A program made the position numbers and the translations under genes. Under the pieces are notes generated by a model. That model saw only the letters and a program-made list of their open reading frames with translations, did no database searches and was not told the origin of the DNA. From Dehalococcoidia bacterium (GTDB lineage Bacteria; Chloroflexota; Dehalococcoidia; Bin125): a stretch of DNA of 64,000 nt. Where the stretch lies: NCBI GenBank assembly GCA_963662615.2, contig CAXXSR010000001.1:960001-1024000 (forward strand), written 5' to 3'. Of this stretch, positions 8,578 to 17,795 are shown one piece after another. Numbering within the stretch: position 1 is the stretch's first letter; each line of letters starts with the position of its first letter.

Positions 8578-9951
8578 CCCCGGCGGCTGGGGCTCCAGAT
8601 CGGCCAGCACCTCCATCTGGTAGTTCAGGCTGGGGTCCCAGAGCATGAAGCCTTGGCCGCCCGCCTCCGCCGATCCCTCGATCTGCGCCATCACTTGGGC
8701 GCGTCCGTAAAACAGCTTTTCTGCCTGATAGTCGTGGAAGTCCTGCAGCCACGGTCGCACCACGACATTGGGGAACGGCCGCAGCCGCTCCACTGCCAAG
8801 CTGACGCTGCTGAGGACCACGAGATACGGATCGGCCGGGGGGTAGTCGAGGCCGAACCATCCCGGCGTCCAGGTGCTGGGGTAGACCATGGGCGAGTAGT
8901 AATCCAGGTACGGAGCCATGTCCTCCAGAATCTGGCCAATGCCGTCGTCGTGGGCGATCACCGTCGTCTGGCCGAAGGTGTCGAAGGCGAGGGCGGCGCC
9001 GACGGCGTGCAGCGCCTGGGCCGCCTCCTGCGCGAACTGGGCGATGATGGCCGAGCGCTCGTCGCTGGTGGTGCCAATGCGCACCGCCGCGCCCGCGTCC
9101 GTGGGCAGACGTACGTAGTCGTACTGGACCTCCTCAAAGGTGCGGGCCGCGTTCACGCCGATCTCCACGTTGTGCCTTCGGGCGAGATCGCTGAAGGGGT
9201 CGGTCCAGGCGAGACCGATGGAGTCCCGAAAGATCTCTCCTTGCGGCGTGCGCACGGCGGTCTCGGGGTAGGCGCGGGCGAGGCGGCCGTCGAGGAAAGT
9301 GACGACCCGCGCGATGCGATGGATCCCCAACCGGCCCAGCTCATTGAAGAACGCTTCCAGATCCGTGCCGGTGTCTCGCACCGCGCCCATGTCGCGGGCA
9401 ATGTCGTTGGCCACCATGGGCAGGACGGCGCCGCCCTCGTCCTTGACGTCGATCACCAGCGACGACACGATGCCCGCACGGGCCAGGCCCAGGGCCCAGT
9501 CCAGGACCGCTTGGCGGCGCAGCTCGTCGTAGGGCACATAGATGGCGCGCACGTCCAAGGGAGCGACGTAGATCACGATGTAGTCGGCGGTGGTCTGCTG
9601 CCGCACGATGCGATACCCGGCCGCCACCACGTTGACCTGGTTCGTGCGGATGGCCGCGGGGATGCTGAAGCGCCCGTGGCGGTCGGTCTGCACTGACCGC
9701 TCGCCCGTGCCCACGTGCGCGCCGGCCAGGCGCACGGCGCGGCCATCCTCCCAGGTCATGACGAGGCCCTGCAGGGGACGATTGATGCGGAGCGGCCCGT
9801 CGGCCTGGGCCGCCTCCTCAACGCGAAGCTGCGGGACGCTGGAGCCGTCTGGAGCGACGCCCACTGCGGTGACGATTGGGGAGGGGGCGGTCCCGAGAAG
9901 GGAGAGCGCGAGTAGCGCCGCGATGGGGGCGGTGAATAGGGGGAGGCGCAT
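8569..9951 (-). CDS. secreted putative glycoside hydrolase (DUF4015-like) with N-terminal beta-sandwich
   Basis: Signal peptide; VIDVKDEGG, IARVVTF, EVQYDYVRLP, SPMVYPS, RPWLQDF, GFMLWDP motifs. Confidence 0.85.
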   Translation of the reverse strand: MRLPLFTAPIAALLALSLLGTAPSPIVTAVGVAPDGSSVPQLRVEEAAQADGPLRINRPLQGLVMTWEDGRAVRLAGAHVGTGERSVQTDRHGRFSIPAAIRTNQVNVVAAGYRIVRQQTTADYIVIYVAPLDVRAIYVPYDELRRQAVLDWALGLARAGIVSSLVIDVKDEGGAVLPMVANDIARDMGAVRDTGTDLEAFFNELGRLGIHRIARVVTFLDGRLARAYPETAVRTPQGEIFRDSIGLAWTDPFSDLARRHNVEIGVNAARTFEEVQYDYVRLPTDAGAAVRIGTTSDERSAIIAQFAQEAAQALHAVGAALAFDTFGQTTVIAHDDGIGQILEDMAPYLDYYSPMVYPSTWTPGWFGLDYPPADPYLVVLSSVSLAVERLRPFPNVVVRPWLQDFHDYQAEKLFYGRAQVMAQIEGSAEAGGQGFMLWDPSLNYQMEVLADLEPQPPGGG

Positions 9952-10044
9952 GCGAACCTACCTGCTCGCCCACCCCTCTCTATTGTTCGCGCCGAAGGGT
10001 GGGGCGTCAATGAGGAAAACACCGAGGCCACTGGGGGCGGTGCG

Positions 10045-10410
10045 CTAGGTGCTGCGTTGGGCGTCCGCCTCTGCCGCCGCCTTGAGATTGGACAGCCCCT
10101 GGGTGACGGCCACCATGTAGGGCGTCGCGCCGCGGCCGAGCGAGATGATGTTGGAGACGGCGTGCCGGATGCCGTAGGGAGCGACTTGGACGGCGACCTC
10201 CGTGTGGCCGGACTCCGCCTTCAACGCGTAGCGGTAGCGCACGCGCAGGCCCCAGCCCATGCGGACGTCCAGCACCAACTGCCGCGGCGCCTCCTCGCGC
10301 ACGAGGCTGGCGCGCCCGCTGTCCAGGCCCGCCTGCACTTCGCGCCGGAGGGCGCGCCAGATCACGTCGGGAGAGGCCTGGATGGCGAAGGCGCGCTCAT
10401 TGCTTGCCAC
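10045..10410 (-). CDS. SRPBCC/START-like protein
   Basis: IQASPDVIWRAL...GLSNLKAAAE pattern. Confidence 0.65.
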   Translation of the reverse strand: MASNERAFAIQASPDVIWRALRREVQAGLDSGRASLVREEAPRQLVLDVRMGWGLRVRYRYALKAESGHTEVAVQVAPYGIRHAVSNIISLGRGATPYMVAVTQGLSNLKAAAEADAQRST

Positions 10411-10459
10411 GGGCCGAGCCTATCACGCGCCGGCCGCATCCCCTGGAGGCGCCGGCGGC

Positions 10460-11062
10460 CTAATCGGTCGCGGTTCGAGCCTCCGCCTGCAGCGCTGCAA
10501 TGAAGGCGTGCAGGCTCTCCCGGCGAGTGACGTCGGGCGGGTAGGCGAGCCCGCGATTGCGGGGCCAATCGATCAGGTCCACCTGGACGCCGTCGCGGGC
10601 CAGCAGCGCCGCGGTGGCGGCGTCGTCTTCCACGTGACGCACGACGCCCAGGAGGCGCGCACGCTCCCGCTTGAATTGCGCCGCCGGGGCGCCGCTGTCG
10701 TTGAGGTGGACCGCGTCGAGATAGGGGAGGATGCCGTGGCGGTGAAGCCAGCCCTCGGTGGCGGCGCGACCGCGCCAGTTGCGGGCGCTGAGGAGGCTGA
10801 CACGGTATCGCTGGGCCGCCGCCGCCACTGCCGCCGCCGCCTCCGGCAGGGGCGACCGGCCGCCATAGCGGAGGGGGTAGTAGGCCCGCGCCAGCAAGCG
10901 CTCCCAGAAGGTCCAGCCGCCTTCGCCAGGGGCGGCTCCTTCCTGGGTCGCGGGCTGACCCTGCAGGGCGCGATTGATCGTCAGGTTGAGGCCCAGGGGT
11001 GGGCGCGCCAAGACGCCGTCCAGGTCGAAGGTGAGCAGGGGGCGCTCCGCCCCGTCAGCCAT
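10460..11062 (-). CDS. HAD-superfamily hydrolase
   Basis: FDLDGV motif I, LSAR motif II, K...HVEDD motifs III/IV; start overlaps the stop of the upstream reductase. Confidence 0.8.
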   Translation of the reverse strand: MADGAERPLLTFDLDGVLARPPLGLNLTINRALQGQPATQEGAAPGEGGWTFWERLLARAYYPLRYGGRSPLPEAAAAVAAAAQRYRVSLLSARNWRGRAATEGWLHRHGILPYLDAVHLNDSGAPAAQFKRERARLLGVVRHVEDDAATAALLARDGVQVDLIDWPRNRGLAYPPDVTRRESLHAFIAALQAEARTATD

Positions 11063-12051
11063 CAGATCCAACCGTTCGCCCGATACCAGACCACCGTTGC
11101 CCGCAGCCCCTCCGCCAGTGACGTCCGCGGCGTCCAACCCGTGCAGGCGGCGAGCGCCGTGTTGTCCGACAGCCAAGCGACCTGTCGCATCTCGGCGACG
11201 CGTGAGCTGTCGAGCCGGGGAGGTTTACGGCTGAGGCGGGCAGCGGCCATGCTCGCCCGCGCGGCGATGGCGAAGCCCAGGGCCGGCACGGGGATGGACA
11301 CGATCCGGTGGCCGAAGGCGTCGGCCAGCGCGGCGATGATCTCCCGCCAGGTGTAGGGGCCGGCGCCGTCGCTGAGGTGGAAATAGGGGGACGGGGCCGG
11401 CGCGACGGCGAGGAGCGAGACGACGGCCTCGGCGAGGTCGGGGCCGTAGACGAGATCGAACCGGTTCCAGCCGTCTCCCAACCGCGTGATGAAGCGCCGC
11501 CGCGCCATCTGGAAAAACGGGAGGAGCCCGCTGTCGCGCGGGCCGTAGACCAGGGACGGCCGCAGGATTTGCACGGCCCCGCCCTTGGCGCCGGCCAGCG
11601 CCGCCGCCTCGCCGGCGGCCTTCGAATCGCCGTACGGGGTGATGGGATGGCAGGGCGCGGCCGGGTCAGGGGCATCGCCCTGGCTGCTGGGTCCCTGCGC
11701 GGCCAGCGAAGAGATGTAGAGAAAGCGCGGCACGGCGGCGGCGGCGGCGGCGCGGGCGAGCGCTGCGGTCCCCTGCGCGTTGACGCGGTGGAAGTCCGAC
11801 CCGGTGCGCGCTCTCGTCACGCCGGCCGCATGGACCACGGCGTCCATGCCGGCGCAGGCCGGGGTGAGACCCACGCCGCCGGGGTCGGGTCCGCCCAAGT
11901 CGCCCACGACACGCTCGTAGCGCAGCCCTTCCAGGCCGGAGAGGTCGCTGCTGGACCGGACCAGCGCGCGCAGGTCGTGCCCCGCCGCGATCAAGGCGTG
12001 GGCTGTGTGACCGCCAATAAAGCCGCTGGCGCCGGTGAGCAGTACGCGCAT
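11062..12051 (-). CDS. NAD-dependent epimerase/dehydratase family (candidate ketosphingoid/ceramide reductase)
   Basis: TGASGFIG, HAAG, ISSLAA and catalytic YGDSK; directly downstream of the SPT-like gene. Confidence 0.85.
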   Translation of the reverse strand: MRVLLTGASGFIGGHTAHALIAAGHDLRALVRSSSDLSGLEGLRYERVVGDLGGPDPGGVGLTPACAGMDAVVHAAGVTRARTGSDFHRVNAQGTAALARAAAAAAVPRFLYISSLAAQGPSSQGDAPDPAAPCHPITPYGDSKAAGEAAALAGAKGGAVQILRPSLVYGPRDSGLLPFFQMARRRFITRLGDGWNRFDLVYGPDLAEAVVSLLAVAPAPSPYFHLSDGAGPYTWREIIAALADAFGHRIVSIPVPALGFAIAARASMAAARLSRKPPRLDSSRVAEMRQVAWLSDNTALAACTGWTPRTSLAEGLRATVVWYRANGWI

Positions 12052-12058
12052 GGCCTGC

Positions 12059-13339
12059 TCAACTGATGATGCTGTGACGCCGTCCGAGCTCGCCGAACAT
12101 GTCCAGGGCACGCTGGAGCTGCTCGTCGGTGTGCGTGGCGATGTAGGACGTGCGCAGCGCCCCCTGGCCGCGCGGGACGGCGGGGAGGATCACGGCGTTG
12201 GTGTAGATCCCGTGTTTCAGCAGATCCTTCCAGAAGACGGCAGTGCGGACCTCGTCGCCGATCTTGATCGGCACGATGGGCGTCTCGCTCTCGCCGATGT
12301 CGAACCCCATCGCACGCAGGCCCGCCCGCATGCGCGCGCCCAGCTCCTGGACCCGCTCCACCCGCCAGGGCTCCTCCTCCAGACAGGTCAGCGCCGCCAG
12401 CGCCGCGGCGGCCGAGGCGGGCGGCAGCGATGCGGTGAAGATCATGGGGCGGCCGAAATGCTTGATGTATTCCAACACGGGCGCCGGCCCCGCACAGAAT
12501 CCACCCACGGACGCCAGCGTCTTGCTGAACGTCCCGATCAGGATGTCCGCTCCCTGCCCGTCGATGCCGAAGTGGCTGGCGGTGCCGCGGCCGCCTTCAC
12601 CCACGGTGCCAATGGCGTGCGCATCATCCACCATCAGCCGCGTCTTGTGACGCCGGCAGACCTCAACGATCTCGGGCAGGGGCGCAATGTCGCCGCCCAT
12701 GGAGTAGACGCCGTCGATGATCACCAGTCGGCCGGCGTCATCGGGCAATCGGTCCAAGATCTCGTCCAGGTGCTCCGGTTCGTTATGGCGGAAGCGCACC
12801 GCCTCACCGGGCGCCATGGCGACGCCGTCGTAGATGCTGGCGTGGACCCCCTTATCGATCACGGCGGTGCAGCCGCGATCGACAATGGCGGAGATGGCGC
12901 CCAGGTTGGCGAGATAGCCGGTTGAAAAGACCAGCGCCGCTTCCGTTCCCAAGAAGGCGGCGATGCGCTCTTCCAATTCCTCGTGGAGCACGCTGGTGCC
13001 GTTGAGCAGGCGCGACCCGGTCATGGAGGGGCCAAGGTTCTCCAGCGCCTCCCGCGCCGCCGCCATCACTTTGGGGTGGCGCGTCAGCCCCAGGTAGTTG
13101 TTGGAGCCCAGCATGAGCACCCGCTGGCCTTGGACGATGGCCTCGTCGCCATAGTTGACGTCGATGGGTTGGAAGAACGGGTACAGGCCCACGGCGCGCG
13201 CCTGGGCGGCGAGCTGGAAGTGGGAGATCCGCTGGAAGATGTCCGTGCCCTTGTAGTCGTGATGGCGGCCCTCGATCTCGTCGAGGGAGAGGCCCGCCGA
13301 GATCGCGGCAACCCGTTCCAGATCTTGGGCCTGCGTCAT
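12059..13339 (-). CDS. spt: serine palmitoyltransferase-like alpha-oxoamine synthase (PLP)
   Basis: YPFFQPI, GSNNYLGL, TGSRLLNGT, HASIYDG, DDAH and GTFSK (PLP Lys). SRxLNGT and GTFSK are SPT-type rather than BioF- or KBL-type. Confidence 0.8.
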   Translation of the reverse strand: MTQAQDLERVAAISAGLSLDEIEGRHHDYKGTDIFQRISHFQLAAQARAVGLYPFFQPIDVNYGDEAIVQGQRVLMLGSNNYLGLTRHPKVMAAAREALENLGPSMTGSRLLNGTSVLHEELEERIAAFLGTEAALVFSTGYLANLGAISAIVDRGCTAVIDKGVHASIYDGVAMAPGEAVRFRHNEPEHLDEILDRLPDDAGRLVIIDGVYSMGGDIAPLPEIVEVCRRHKTRLMVDDAHAIGTVGEGGRGTASHFGIDGQGADILIGTFSKTLASVGGFCAGPAPVLEYIKHFGRPMIFTASLPPASAAAALAALTCLEEEPWRVERVQELGARMRAGLRAMGFDIGESETPIVPIKIGDEVRTAVFWKDLLKHGIYTNAVILPAVPRGQGALRTSYIATHTDEQLQRALDMFGELGRRHSIIS

Positions 13340-13454
13340 GGCATTCCACCGTTTCTCGTTGCCGGCCATGAGCCCGCGCGGGCGCGCAGTCAGTCCGCGC
13401 CGGCGAGGCTGTCGTCAGTGTAGGCAGAACCCAAGGGCAAAGGGTAGCGGCGGC

Positions 13455-14225
13455 CTAGGTCTCGGCCCAGCGGCGTGGCAGGCGCGGTCGCGACCAGCGT
13501 CGCAGTGTCGCGCGGATGCGTGCGCCGTGGCGCTCCAACTGTGTCGCGACGATCATGCCGAAGACGGCGACCGGCACGCCCAGGACGGCGTCAAGGATCC
13601 AGTGGTTGCCGGTCCCCACGATGCTGATCAGCATGATCGTGGGCAGGAGGATCAGCAGCGCCAGGCCGCGACGGCCGCCGAAGACGCGGTACAGCACGAC
13701 GCCGACGATGAGGGCGAATCCCTGATGCATGCTGGGGACGGCCGCAAACTGGTTGACGAATCCGGAATCTCCATACTGGAGCGCGAACACGCCACGGATG
13801 GTGTCCACGAAGCCCGCGGCGGGCAGGAGGCGGGGTGGCGCCACCGGAAACGTCAGGTAGACCAGCAGGCCAATGGCGCCGGCCGCGAAGATGGCGCTGC
13901 GCGCCCAAGCGTAATGGCGGCGGTGGCGACAGAAAGCCCATACCGCGAACGCGATCATGAGCGGAAAGTGACCCCAGAAGTACCACAGGCTCAGAAGCTT
14001 GATCACGAAGTCGTAGCTCAGCAGCGCGACTTGGAAGTTGAGCTCCACGAAGATGCCCATGGCCTGTTCCGTGCGAACCAGGAGGTCGGCGTTGGCGATG
14101 GCGTCCAGCGCCCGATCGGCCGACAGCGAACGCACGATCTCGTACGCCATGTAGGCGCCGCTGACGAGGAGCACCTCACGGGCGAAGCGGATCGCCGGAA
14201 GCCGTTGGGTGGCCTTCTTGATCAT
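13455..14225 (-). CDS. AUR1/inositolphosphorylceramide synthase-like PAP2_3 membrane protein
   Basis: FPVAPPRL, NQFAAVPSMH and TGNHWILDA motifs; about 6 TMs. Confidence 0.85.
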   Translation of the reverse strand: MIKKATQRLPAIRFAREVLLVSGAYMAYEIVRSLSADRALDAIANADLLVRTEQAMGIFVELNFQVALLSYDFVIKLLSLWYFWGHFPLMIAFAVWAFCRHRRHYAWARSAIFAAGAIGLLVYLTFPVAPPRLLPAAGFVDTIRGVFALQYGDSGFVNQFAAVPSMHQGFALIVGVVLYRVFGGRRGLALLILLPTIMLISIVGTGNHWILDAVLGVPVAVFGMIVATQLERHGARIRATLRRWSRPRLPRRWAET

Positions 14226-14540
14226 GGGAACTCTTGGGTACCCCTACCGCGCCGGCAGTCACTCTACTGCATCAACGGGGGACGCAGCGCCCGCCCGCCG
14301 GTCACGGCGGCGCCGGACCAGGCACGCGTCCGCCGTTGGCGGTTTATGTACTACGGATGGCCGCCATTGCGCAATCCCTCCGGGGGCCTCCCCTCTCTCG
14401 CCTCTCTCTCGCATGGCCGCTTACGAGACCGGCACCATGCCGTCGCCGCGGTCGCAATCCAACTCCGCGTCAACGCCGCCGGCTGGACGCGGAGGCGCGT
14501 GCGAGAACCTCTGGGCGCCGCGATCTACAATCGGGAGGTT

Positions 14541-15038
14541 ATGGGCAGCCCAGCGGTCGCCGAGGAGTGGGTCCACACCCTGTTCAACAAGATCAGCCGG
14601 GCCTACAACGCGCATGACGCCGCTGCCACGGCCGACTGCTACGCCGAGGATTTGCTCTTCACCGTCAACGGCGAACGCGGTCCCCGTGATCGGGATGCCT
14701 TCGTGGAAGCGCTACGCGAACAGTGGCTGGGCTTTCCCGACATTGCCTGCAGCGAATCCTCCCGCCTCATCCGGGGCAACCGGGTGGTCATGGAGTTCAC
14801 GCTGGACGGCCACAACGCGGGACCGTTCCTTGACCGCCCGCCCACGGGGAAGCGCTGGTGCGTGACCTTGAGCTGGATCTGCGAAGTGGCGGACGGGCGT
14901 GTGCGTGAGGTCCACGCCTATGTCGATAACGAGCCGCTGCGCAGGGCCGTGGACCGCGCCGCTCTTACGCCGTCGGCCTCGCCGAGCCAGCTGCCGCCGG
15001 CCTCCCGGTCCTGTAGGCTCCACCTCCTGCTCCTGTAG
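14541..15038 (+). CDS. SnoaL-like ester cyclase / NTF2 family protein
   Basis: AYNAHD...GFPD...GHNAGPFLDRPPTGK...DGRV; GGGAGG RBS preceded by TACAAT. Confidence 0.8.
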   Translation: MGSPAVAEEWVHTLFNKISRAYNAHDAAATADCYAEDLLFTVNGERGPRDRDAFVEALREQWLGFPDIACSESSRLIRGNRVVMEFTLDGHNAGPFLDRPPTGKRWCVTLSWICEVADGRVREVHAYVDNEPLRRAVDRAALTPSASPSQLPPASRSCRLHLLLL

Positions 15039-15103
15039 GCTTCGCCTGGCGGTTCAACCGGCCCCCAGGTGCGGGCCGCGTGCCGCCTGCGGAAGGAGCC
15101 CCC

Positions 15104-15565
15104 ATGTCCGACGGCGCGCGCGAGGAATCCGGCCCGGATCGCGGCCCTGTCGCCCAGACCCGACACGGCGAACTGAGCCTCGATCAGATCGGCGGCATGC
15201 AGATGGGCATGGCGCGCCTCATGCGCGAGTACAGCGATCGCATCTGGAGCTGCTACTACGCCGCCCGCGACGGGAACTGGCCCCTTGCCATCTACATGCT
15301 CAACAACACGCTGAAGCTGCACGGGTACGGGGGCGAGACCCGCCCCAAGATGAAGCCCTATCTGGACCGCTTCGAAGCGGAGCGGCTGCGACCGCTGATG
15401 AACACGGCGGTAGCGGAGGACTGGGCGGCCTTTGAGACGGCGTTCCAGGCCGCGGTGGACGGTGGCAACGCTCTGCACGTGGAGCTGGGCTATCCCTACA
15501 TTCAGTGGACGCTGCCGCCGGACCCTCCGCCCCACCTCCGCACCACGCCCACCGACAGCGCTTGA
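15104..15565 (+). CDS. four-helix-bundle protein resembling cytochrome c'-like hypotheticals but lacking CxxCH
   Basis: GMARLM...YYAARDGNWPLA...F..A...GGNALHVELGYPYI; GGAAGGA RBS. Confidence 0.7.
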   Translation: MSDGAREESGPDRGPVAQTRHGELSLDQIGGMQMGMARLMREYSDRIWSCYYAARDGNWPLAIYMLNNTLKLHGYGGETRPKMKPYLDRFEAERLRPLMNTAVAEDWAAFETAFQAAVDGGNALHVELGYPYIQWTLPPDPPPHLRTTPTDSA

Positions 15566-15721
15566 GCAAGCGCCGGTCCCGGCGCCGAGCGCCCGGGCCG
15601 CCGGCGGGGCGGGCCGGCGGGATGACGGCGCGGTAAATCCTGTCCTTCGCACTATTGCGTACACGCTCCCATCGGCTAGAGTGCTTGCGGCTGGTGGCGG
15701 GCCCGAATGGGAGGGCCCCGC

Positions 15722-16507
15722 ATGCGGATGGACCCCAAGACGGCCGGTGCGTACGGCGCCGGCGCCTTCATTTTCCTGATGATCTTCGGATTGGGCTGGC
15801 CGGGTCCCGGGACTTGGCTGCTCGTCTTCGCGCTGCTCTTCATGGGGGCGGCGGCGGTCGCTTGGTGGCTGGACAGCGTGATGGTGCCCGCGGGCGGGGG
15901 CGCCGTGACGGCCACGCCGCGCTCGTCGCCGTTTCAGCCGCGTCGAGCCAGCGGCGGGCGGCGCGACTCGCGCATGCTCTCCCTGGGCCTGCCCGGACCC
16001 GATGCCAGCGGCCGCTGGGTTCTGCCCAACAAGGTCCACGTCACCGTCCTGGCGGCCCTGATCGGGCTCCTGGCGATGATCCTGTTCATCAGCGGCGCGG
16101 TGGGTGGCGGCAGTCCGGCCGTGGTGGAGGAGGTCCCGGTGGTCCAGCCGAATCCGGCGCTGGACTTCGCGCGGCCGGTGACGCCCATTGTGCAGGCCAG
16201 CACCGATCCGCCCGTGGCCCCCGTGGCGCAGGAGCCGACGCCCATTATCGTCCCGCAGCCCCCGGCGACGCCGCCGGAGCCGGCACGGCCGCTGAACGCG
16301 CCCGCGGCGCCCACCGACCCAGCGCAGACGATCATCCATGACGTGGTCGCCGGTGACACGATCTACGACCTGGCGATCACGTACAACACGTCGATCGAAG
16401 CGATCATGAACGCCAACGGGATCAGCGAGTTCGACACGATCCGCGTGGACGAGCGGTTGATCATTCCCGCCGGGCCCAGCGAATCCTCCAGCGAACCAGC
16501 GGAGTAG
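15722..16507 (+). CDS. membrane protein with C-terminal LysM domain
   Basis: Three TMs, a Pro-rich linker and HDVVAGDTIYDLAITYNTSIEAIMNANGI...LIIP. Confidence 0.85.
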   Translation: MRMDPKTAGAYGAGAFIFLMIFGLGWPGPGTWLLVFALLFMGAAAVAWWLDSVMVPAGGGAVTATPRSSPFQPRRASGGRRDSRMLSLGLPGPDASGRWVLPNKVHVTVLAALIGLLAMILFISGAVGGGSPAVVEEVPVVQPNPALDFARPVTPIVQASTDPPVAPVAQEPTPIIVPQPPATPPEPARPLNAPAAPTDPAQTIIHDVVAGDTIYDLAITYNTSIEAIMNANGISEFDTIRVDERLIIPAGPSESSSEPAE

Positions 16508-16611
16508 CCCTGTTGTGCAGTGGGGGAGGGCGATCGCCCTCCCCCACTCGTTGTTCCCTCAGCTCCCCCTGTGTTCCCGGCAGCTCCGCCTGTTCCCGGC
16601 GGGAGTCCCGC

Positions 16612-17403
16612 TCAGCGGCCGCGATAGACGGGCGGCCGCTTCTGCGCGAACGCCCGCGTCCCCTCGGCGGCATCCTCCGTCTGCAGGATCTCGGCGTAGA
16701 GCTGATTCTCCAGTCGCATGCCCGCGTGGAACGCTCCCTGCGCGTCCAGGGCGCCCTCATAGGCGGCCTGCTTGGTGGCGCGCACCGCGAGGGGGCCGTT
16801 GGCCTCGATCTCCGCCGCCCAGGCGCGGGCGGTGGGCATGAGGTCCTCCGGCGGGACCACCGCGTTGACCAGCCCGATGCGGTAGGCCTCGGCGGCATCG
16901 ATGTGGTTGGCGCGCAGCAGCAGCTCCAGCGCCGTCCCAAAGGGGACGTAGCGGGCCAGCCGCTGGACTTGGCCGCCGCCGGGCACCAGTCCGCGTTTGG
17001 GCGCCATGCTGCCAATGCGCGCGCCCGCGGCCATGATGCGCAGGTCGCAGGCGAGCGCCAGCGCGAATCCGCCCGCCAAGCACCAGCCGTTGATGGCGGC
17101 GATGACCGGCTTCCAGATCCGGTCGGGCGCAATGTCGGCGCCGTCGCTCTCGACGCGACGCTGGGCGCGCTCCTGCTCGTCCGCCACCGCCGTCTCGCGG
17201 GTCAGGTCGCGGCCCGTGCTGAAGGCGCGCGGCCCCGCGCCGGTGACGATGGCGACGTGCAGCGAGTCGTCCTCTTTGAAATCGCGCCAGAAGCGGGCAA
17301 GGTCGCGGTACATCTCGGGGTTGATCGCGTTCATCCGCTCGGGCCGGTCCAGCGTGACGGTGGCGATGGCGCCGTCCGCGCCCTCCCGCTCGACGCGGAT
17401 CAC
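16612..17403 (-). CDS. enoyl-CoA hydratase/isomerase family protein
   Basis: LDRPERMNA, AFSTGRDL, KPVIAAINGWCLAGG, DAAEG.RAF.QKR.P motifs. Confidence 0.92.
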   Translation of the reverse strand: MIRVEREGADGAIATVTLDRPERMNAINPEMYRDLARFWRDFKEDDSLHVAIVTGAGPRAFSTGRDLTRETAVADEQERAQRRVESDGADIAPDRIWKPVIAAINGWCLAGGFALALACDLRIMAAGARIGSMAPKRGLVPGGGQVQRLARYVPFGTALELLLRANHIDAAEAYRIGLVNAVVPPEDLMPTARAWAAEIEANGPLAVRATKQAAYEGALDAQGAFHAGMRLENQLYAEILQTEDAAEGTRAFAQKRPPVYRGR

Positions 17404-17693
17404 GAGTCGGTCCCGTCGCCGCCGCCCGCCACCGCCGGGACGATGCTGACCTCGTCGCCGCTGGCGACGGCGGTGCGGAGCCCGTCCAGGAACCGCACGT
17501 CCTCACCGTTGACGAAGACGTTCACGAAGCGGCGAATCTCGCCGGCGTCGTCAAGGACCCGCTCGCGAAGGCCCGGGTAGCTTCCGTCCAGGTCGTCGAT
17601 CACGGCGGCCAGATTCTCGCCGCCGGCCGAGACCACGTCCTGCTCCGCCGTGAGCGCGCGCAGCGGGGTGGGAATGCGGACCGTGACGCTCAT
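17400..17693 (-). CDS. MoaD/ThiS/CysO-type ubiquitin-like sulfur carrier with residues after the GG motif
   Basis: VRIPTPLR...RRFVNVFVNGEDVRFLDGL...SIVPAVAGG, then GDGTDS; GAAAGGG RBS. Confidence 0.9.
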   Translation of the reverse strand: MSVTVRIPTPLRALTAEQDVVSAGGENLAAVIDDLDGSYPGLRERVLDDAGEIRRFVNVFVNGEDVRFLDGLRTAVASGDEVSIVPAVAGGGDGTDS

Positions 17694-17795
17694 GCCGGGC
17701 CCTTTCCTGGCGGCGGCGCTCGCATGCGGGCGCGCGCTGCCATTATGCCGTCCCGCGCCGCGTGCGTCAGCCAACGAGGCGCCGGCGCGGTCGCG

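Noticed and set aside
12059-13339. BioF or KBL assignment
   Set aside because: SRLLNGT and GTFSK motifs plus lipid-gene neighbours fit Spt better; no biotin or tdh genes nearby. Not fully excluded without a phylogeny.
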